Assembly: GCF_009914755.1 (NCBI RefSeq)
Contig: NC_060929.1
Direction: 5' to 3' (one strand)
Source: the human T2T-CHM13v2.0 reference genome, Homo sapiens
Length of the DNA: 64,000 nucleotides
Within the stretch, counting starts at the first letter, position 1. Each line of letters begins with the position of its first letter. Of the stretch, positions 60,215-64,000 are shown piece by piece. Below the pieces are notes generated by a model. It saw nothing but the letters and a program-made list of their open reading frames with translations. It was not told where the DNA came from and did not search any database. A program made the translations under genes and the position numbers.

Positions 60215-60520
60215 CCTCACATTGGAGGAGAAGCAAACAGACTAACAATCCTAATTTTTTTTTCTCCAGGTGGTGAATGGAACAACAGGGTTGATTCTGA
60301 TTATGGAAACTCCATACACTGGTGAACAGATAAAAATGCCTTAAAGGGAATGGGATGCAACCTATGAGGTGGAATGAATCTTGGTATGAATATTGAACTC
60401 TACAACTCAGGTTCCTGAATTCTTCTTTTTTTCACTTTCCATGTCCTTGGGCTACAGGAAAAAATGACTATAAACAAATTATCAGCCCTCAAACTATCGC
60501 TCAGTGAGAAAAAACAAACT
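60215..60520 (+). repeat. Copy B of the ~310-bp direct duplication
   Basis: CCTCACAT.GGAGGAGAAGC...GAGAAAAAACAAACT shared with 57561-57874. Confidence 0.95.
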
Positions 60521-62029
60521 TTATCTTGCCTGCCTGCTTTGCATTTGTGGCCAGTGGAACTTCACTTGAGGCTTGTTAACACAAATGAATCTTTGAATGT
60601 TTTAGGTACTTAAGAAAATGAAGCATTTCTTATAGTATGAAGGAAAACATTTGTGGGCAGAAGAACTAAAAAAGCAGGTTGGCCCAGTTTAAGGCAGTAC
60701 CCCTAGGATCCTCCTCCTGCTATATTTCAATACTTAACACACACCTTCATTTCCCATTCATGGGTGAGGACATGGACACTGGAATCACATACTGAAGGGA
60801 AAGGGAGATGATGAATTCATTCATTTATTAAAGGCTTTTCATGTGGATTTTTCTAAGCCCACTGCTTATCTAAATTTCTGCTTAAAAAGCTTCTACAGAG
60901 AATTCATGTTAGAAACATTATTTTATTCAAAACTGATGATAGATTTGCCCATTACCTATACATGATTATTCTGTGGAATCAATTACTAAATTATACAAAT
61001 ATGCAATCCTACAGCACATTATATGTAACCAGTACTGATATTCCACTCTTGTGCTTTAGGACAGGCAGGTCAGTTTTTCAGGGCTGGCATCTGATCTGAT
61101 TCATTGGACATCCATGCCACACTAGTTATTAATATTTTGGTTCTAACTCCTGCACATACCTCTATATTTGGGAGTCATTATACTGCATTTCATTTGTGGA
61201 TATGTTTTACCTCACCTAGAATTTTGTAAGTTCTTGTAGGGTAGGGTGGAAGGGCTTCTTAAGCAAATTTGTATTGTGCACAGTACCGACCCAGGGGAGG
61301 TGAGTCAAGGACTAAATATCCATGGCATTCGTCAATCAGTAAAGAAATTCTCATAGCTGTACTGGGCAGTAAGAAGGCCCAATTTTCTCAGTTTCAATTT
61401 TAACTTAGAAGAGTAAGTAAATAAGGTATATTTATCTGTAAATAATTCACATGACCAGGTCAACCTCTCAACTTTCTGTTGTCTAACTGTATTCTATTTG
61501 TGCTTCTGCCCTTTACTGAGAGGCTGTATTTATCTTCTCAAAAGATCTTCTTTACTGAGATTTGATTCTCAAAAACTTGAGGAATGTGTTTTCATTAAGG
61601 TCAGTTGTACTTTTTTTAAAAAAAACTTTGCAAATTAGCTGCATTTTATTCATTTGAACTATGAACATTCATACCTAGAAGGAAAAAACCAGTATATAGT
61701 ATGTGTGTGTTTATGCACATACTATATATATACTACTATATATAGCATAGAAGATAGTATAGTCATTAGCATACTGGGCATTCTAAGTGTTTCTCTTTAT
61801 TGGCTTCAGTGTCTTTTGCAAGTAGTCCATCTGACTTATTTTCTGATAAGTAGAAGGTGTCTTCCTCTTTCCCACTACATTTTGTTAGACTAATAAATAA
61901 TGACATATTCCTGAAAGGGGAAATGGAAAAGGTAAAAATAAAAATAAATAAATAATGACATACCAAGAATAAAAGATTAGAAGCTGAAAAACTGGGGCCT
62001 GTATAACTCACACAAAGGCCATCAACCTT

Positions 62030-62316
62030 TGTCTTCATGGATGTATGGATTAACGGGTTATTGAGGGAGTGAGTTATTTACCAGGAGAGTGAGTCTGTTA
62101 TAAAAGCCAGTCTAGCCAACTCTCATGAGCCCCCTCACCATGTGATGCCCTGTACCACCTCAGGACTTTGTAGAGAGCACCACCAGCAAGAAGGCCCTCA
62201 CCAGATGTAGCCCCTTGGCCTTGGACTTCCAGCCTCCAGAACTGTAAGAAATAATTTTTTTCTTATACATGACCCATTCTTTAGTATTCTCTTATAGCAA
62301 CATAAAGGGTAAGACA
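62030..62316 (+). mobile_element. MST-type MaLR LTR fragment
   Basis: CAGCAAGAAGGCCCTCACCAGATG...GGACTTCCAGCCTCCAGAACTGTAAGAAATA...TAAGACA. Confidence 0.75.
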
Positions 62317-62376
62317 CCTAATCTCAATCTTAATCTAAGATAAATTATAGAAAAAAACATAAATGAGAAATATAAT

Positions 62377-62690
62377 TCCAGGTACAGTCACTCAGACCTT
62401 TAACCTCAGCAATTTAGGAGGCCAAGGCAGGAGGATTGCTTGAGGCCAGGAGTTTGAAACCAGCCTGGACAACACAGGGAGACCTCATCTCTACAAAATT
62501 GTTTTTAAAAAATTAACTGGGCATGATGGCACACACCTGTTGTCCCAGCTACTCAGGAGACTGAGGCAAGAGGACCACTGAAGCCCAGTAGTTTGAGGTT
62601 ACAGTGAGCAATGATTGTGCCACTGCACTGCAGCCTAGGCAACATAACAAGATCCTATCTCTCAAAATAAATAAATTAATTAAATAAAGA
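62377..62690 (+). mobile_element. AluJ
   Basis: Diverged dimer with (TAAA)n tail. Confidence 0.88.
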
Positions 62691-64000
62691 AAAGGAAATA
62701 TAAAGAATAAAATGTTATCTTGAGAGAAAATGAAATAGTACAATGTAACAAAGAGTTTCTTGCTGTTAAGTTTGACAATAGAGAACCAAATTTATTGCTT
62801 GGTATATATTTAATTTTCATCAGAAAATGTGTTGGAATAGAAAAAAATTTAACTGGTTGTGACCTATGTTGTTCAATAACAATAGTGACAAGCCCTCTCT
62901 AGGCTGGAGAGGACAAGCTGCAAAATTTAATTGGAAAAAAAAAGAATAGGCATATGATAATGGAATAAGGGAAAGGAATTGTTCTTGAGTAGATATGACA
63001 GACTGTGATTTAGCATGGCAGGGATTCTGGATCACAGCATCTCTAAAGGTATTCCTCATGGAAGGTGTGACTCTTCTCAGATAACCATCTTGCTTGGTTA
63101 AAGGTTTCCTCTCTCACTGGAATTGTACACAAAGGTTGAGAACCTCCCTCTTGCTAAACCTAAAGGCTTATCCTAAGTTTTTGTCTACTCTGATCTGCCT
63201 GCAGTCCCTCATTGTTGACCTCTCCTTCCTTCTCACAGCCCTGACCTTGGCTTCCACAGTATAGCATTCATCTCACTGGCCTCAAGCCTTTCCATCATTC
63301 AGCTCTTGCTTGTTTTGTTTAGCTGGTTATTTTCTTCATACCCCTGCACTGAAGGATTTCTCCCTTCAATCCTTGGTGCTCTCTTTGCTTTCTATCTACT
63401 TGTTCCTAAAACAATGGTAATGACTCCTAAGTCTACACTCTGAACCCTAACCTTTCATCCATGCCAGAGTCCATTTTCTCCAACTGCCAATAAACATTAT
63501 AATTTGGATATTCCACCATCACAGGAAGCCTAACTAATGCCAAAAGGAACTCATCTTGCCCAGCTTCTATCTTCAACCAACAGGTTTATTGATCCGTCAC
63601 CTTCACAGGCGTTAATGGCTTGACTTTTCTTTTACTCCAAGCCATTAGAATCATCTTTGACTGTGCTCTTTTACCTCCAACCTGTGAGCTGTTACAACCT
63701 GACTTTTCTCAAATGAAAATGTTCCCCACAATTCTCACTGCTAACAACCAGAACTTCGGTTGACACGTGTATTACTATAACTGGGCCTGGATAACTCTTG
63801 CCTCTACTCATATATCCCTTAAATCTACGCTTAGGGTTAATCTTATTAAGAGAAAAATATAGTCCTAAAATACCACTTTCATCACCTTTTCCCCTTTCCC
63901 TATTCTAAATTACATCAAGTCCCAAGTTCTCAGCTCCACTATCTGACTCCACTCTTCTCATTCAACACTCCCTACTGCCCTCCAATGTAAAAATCTCTAT

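Overview
Primate (almost certainly human) genomic DNA containing most of ELOVL7 (very-long-chain fatty acid elongase 7) on the minus strand. All 7 coding exons are present and splice to an intact 846-nt, 281-aa ORF (MAFSDLTSRT...HVFHH...KNKDN*). The window also holds a ~2.8-kb 3'UTR ending near 2283 and a probable 51-nt 5'UTR exon carved out of an antisense L1. The promoter and first exon are not visible (no CpG island) and presumably lie beyond 64000. The rest is repeat-rich intron (Alu, L1PA/PB/M, a near-complete THE1 element, solo LTR17/HERV-W, MER4, MLT1/2, MST, MER2/5/20). Points of interest: a GC-AG intron, an old mitochondrial ND1+tRNA-Ile insertion (NUMT), a candidate stop-then-restart cassette exon, a miR-219 8mer site, a retroposed MaLR-LTR transcript with TSDs, a mini 3' transduction, and three non-tandem local duplications, one with a direct/inverted template-switch junction. 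I found no evidence for a novel multi-gene system. Exon numbers and repeat subfamily names come from recognition by eye, not from a database run.
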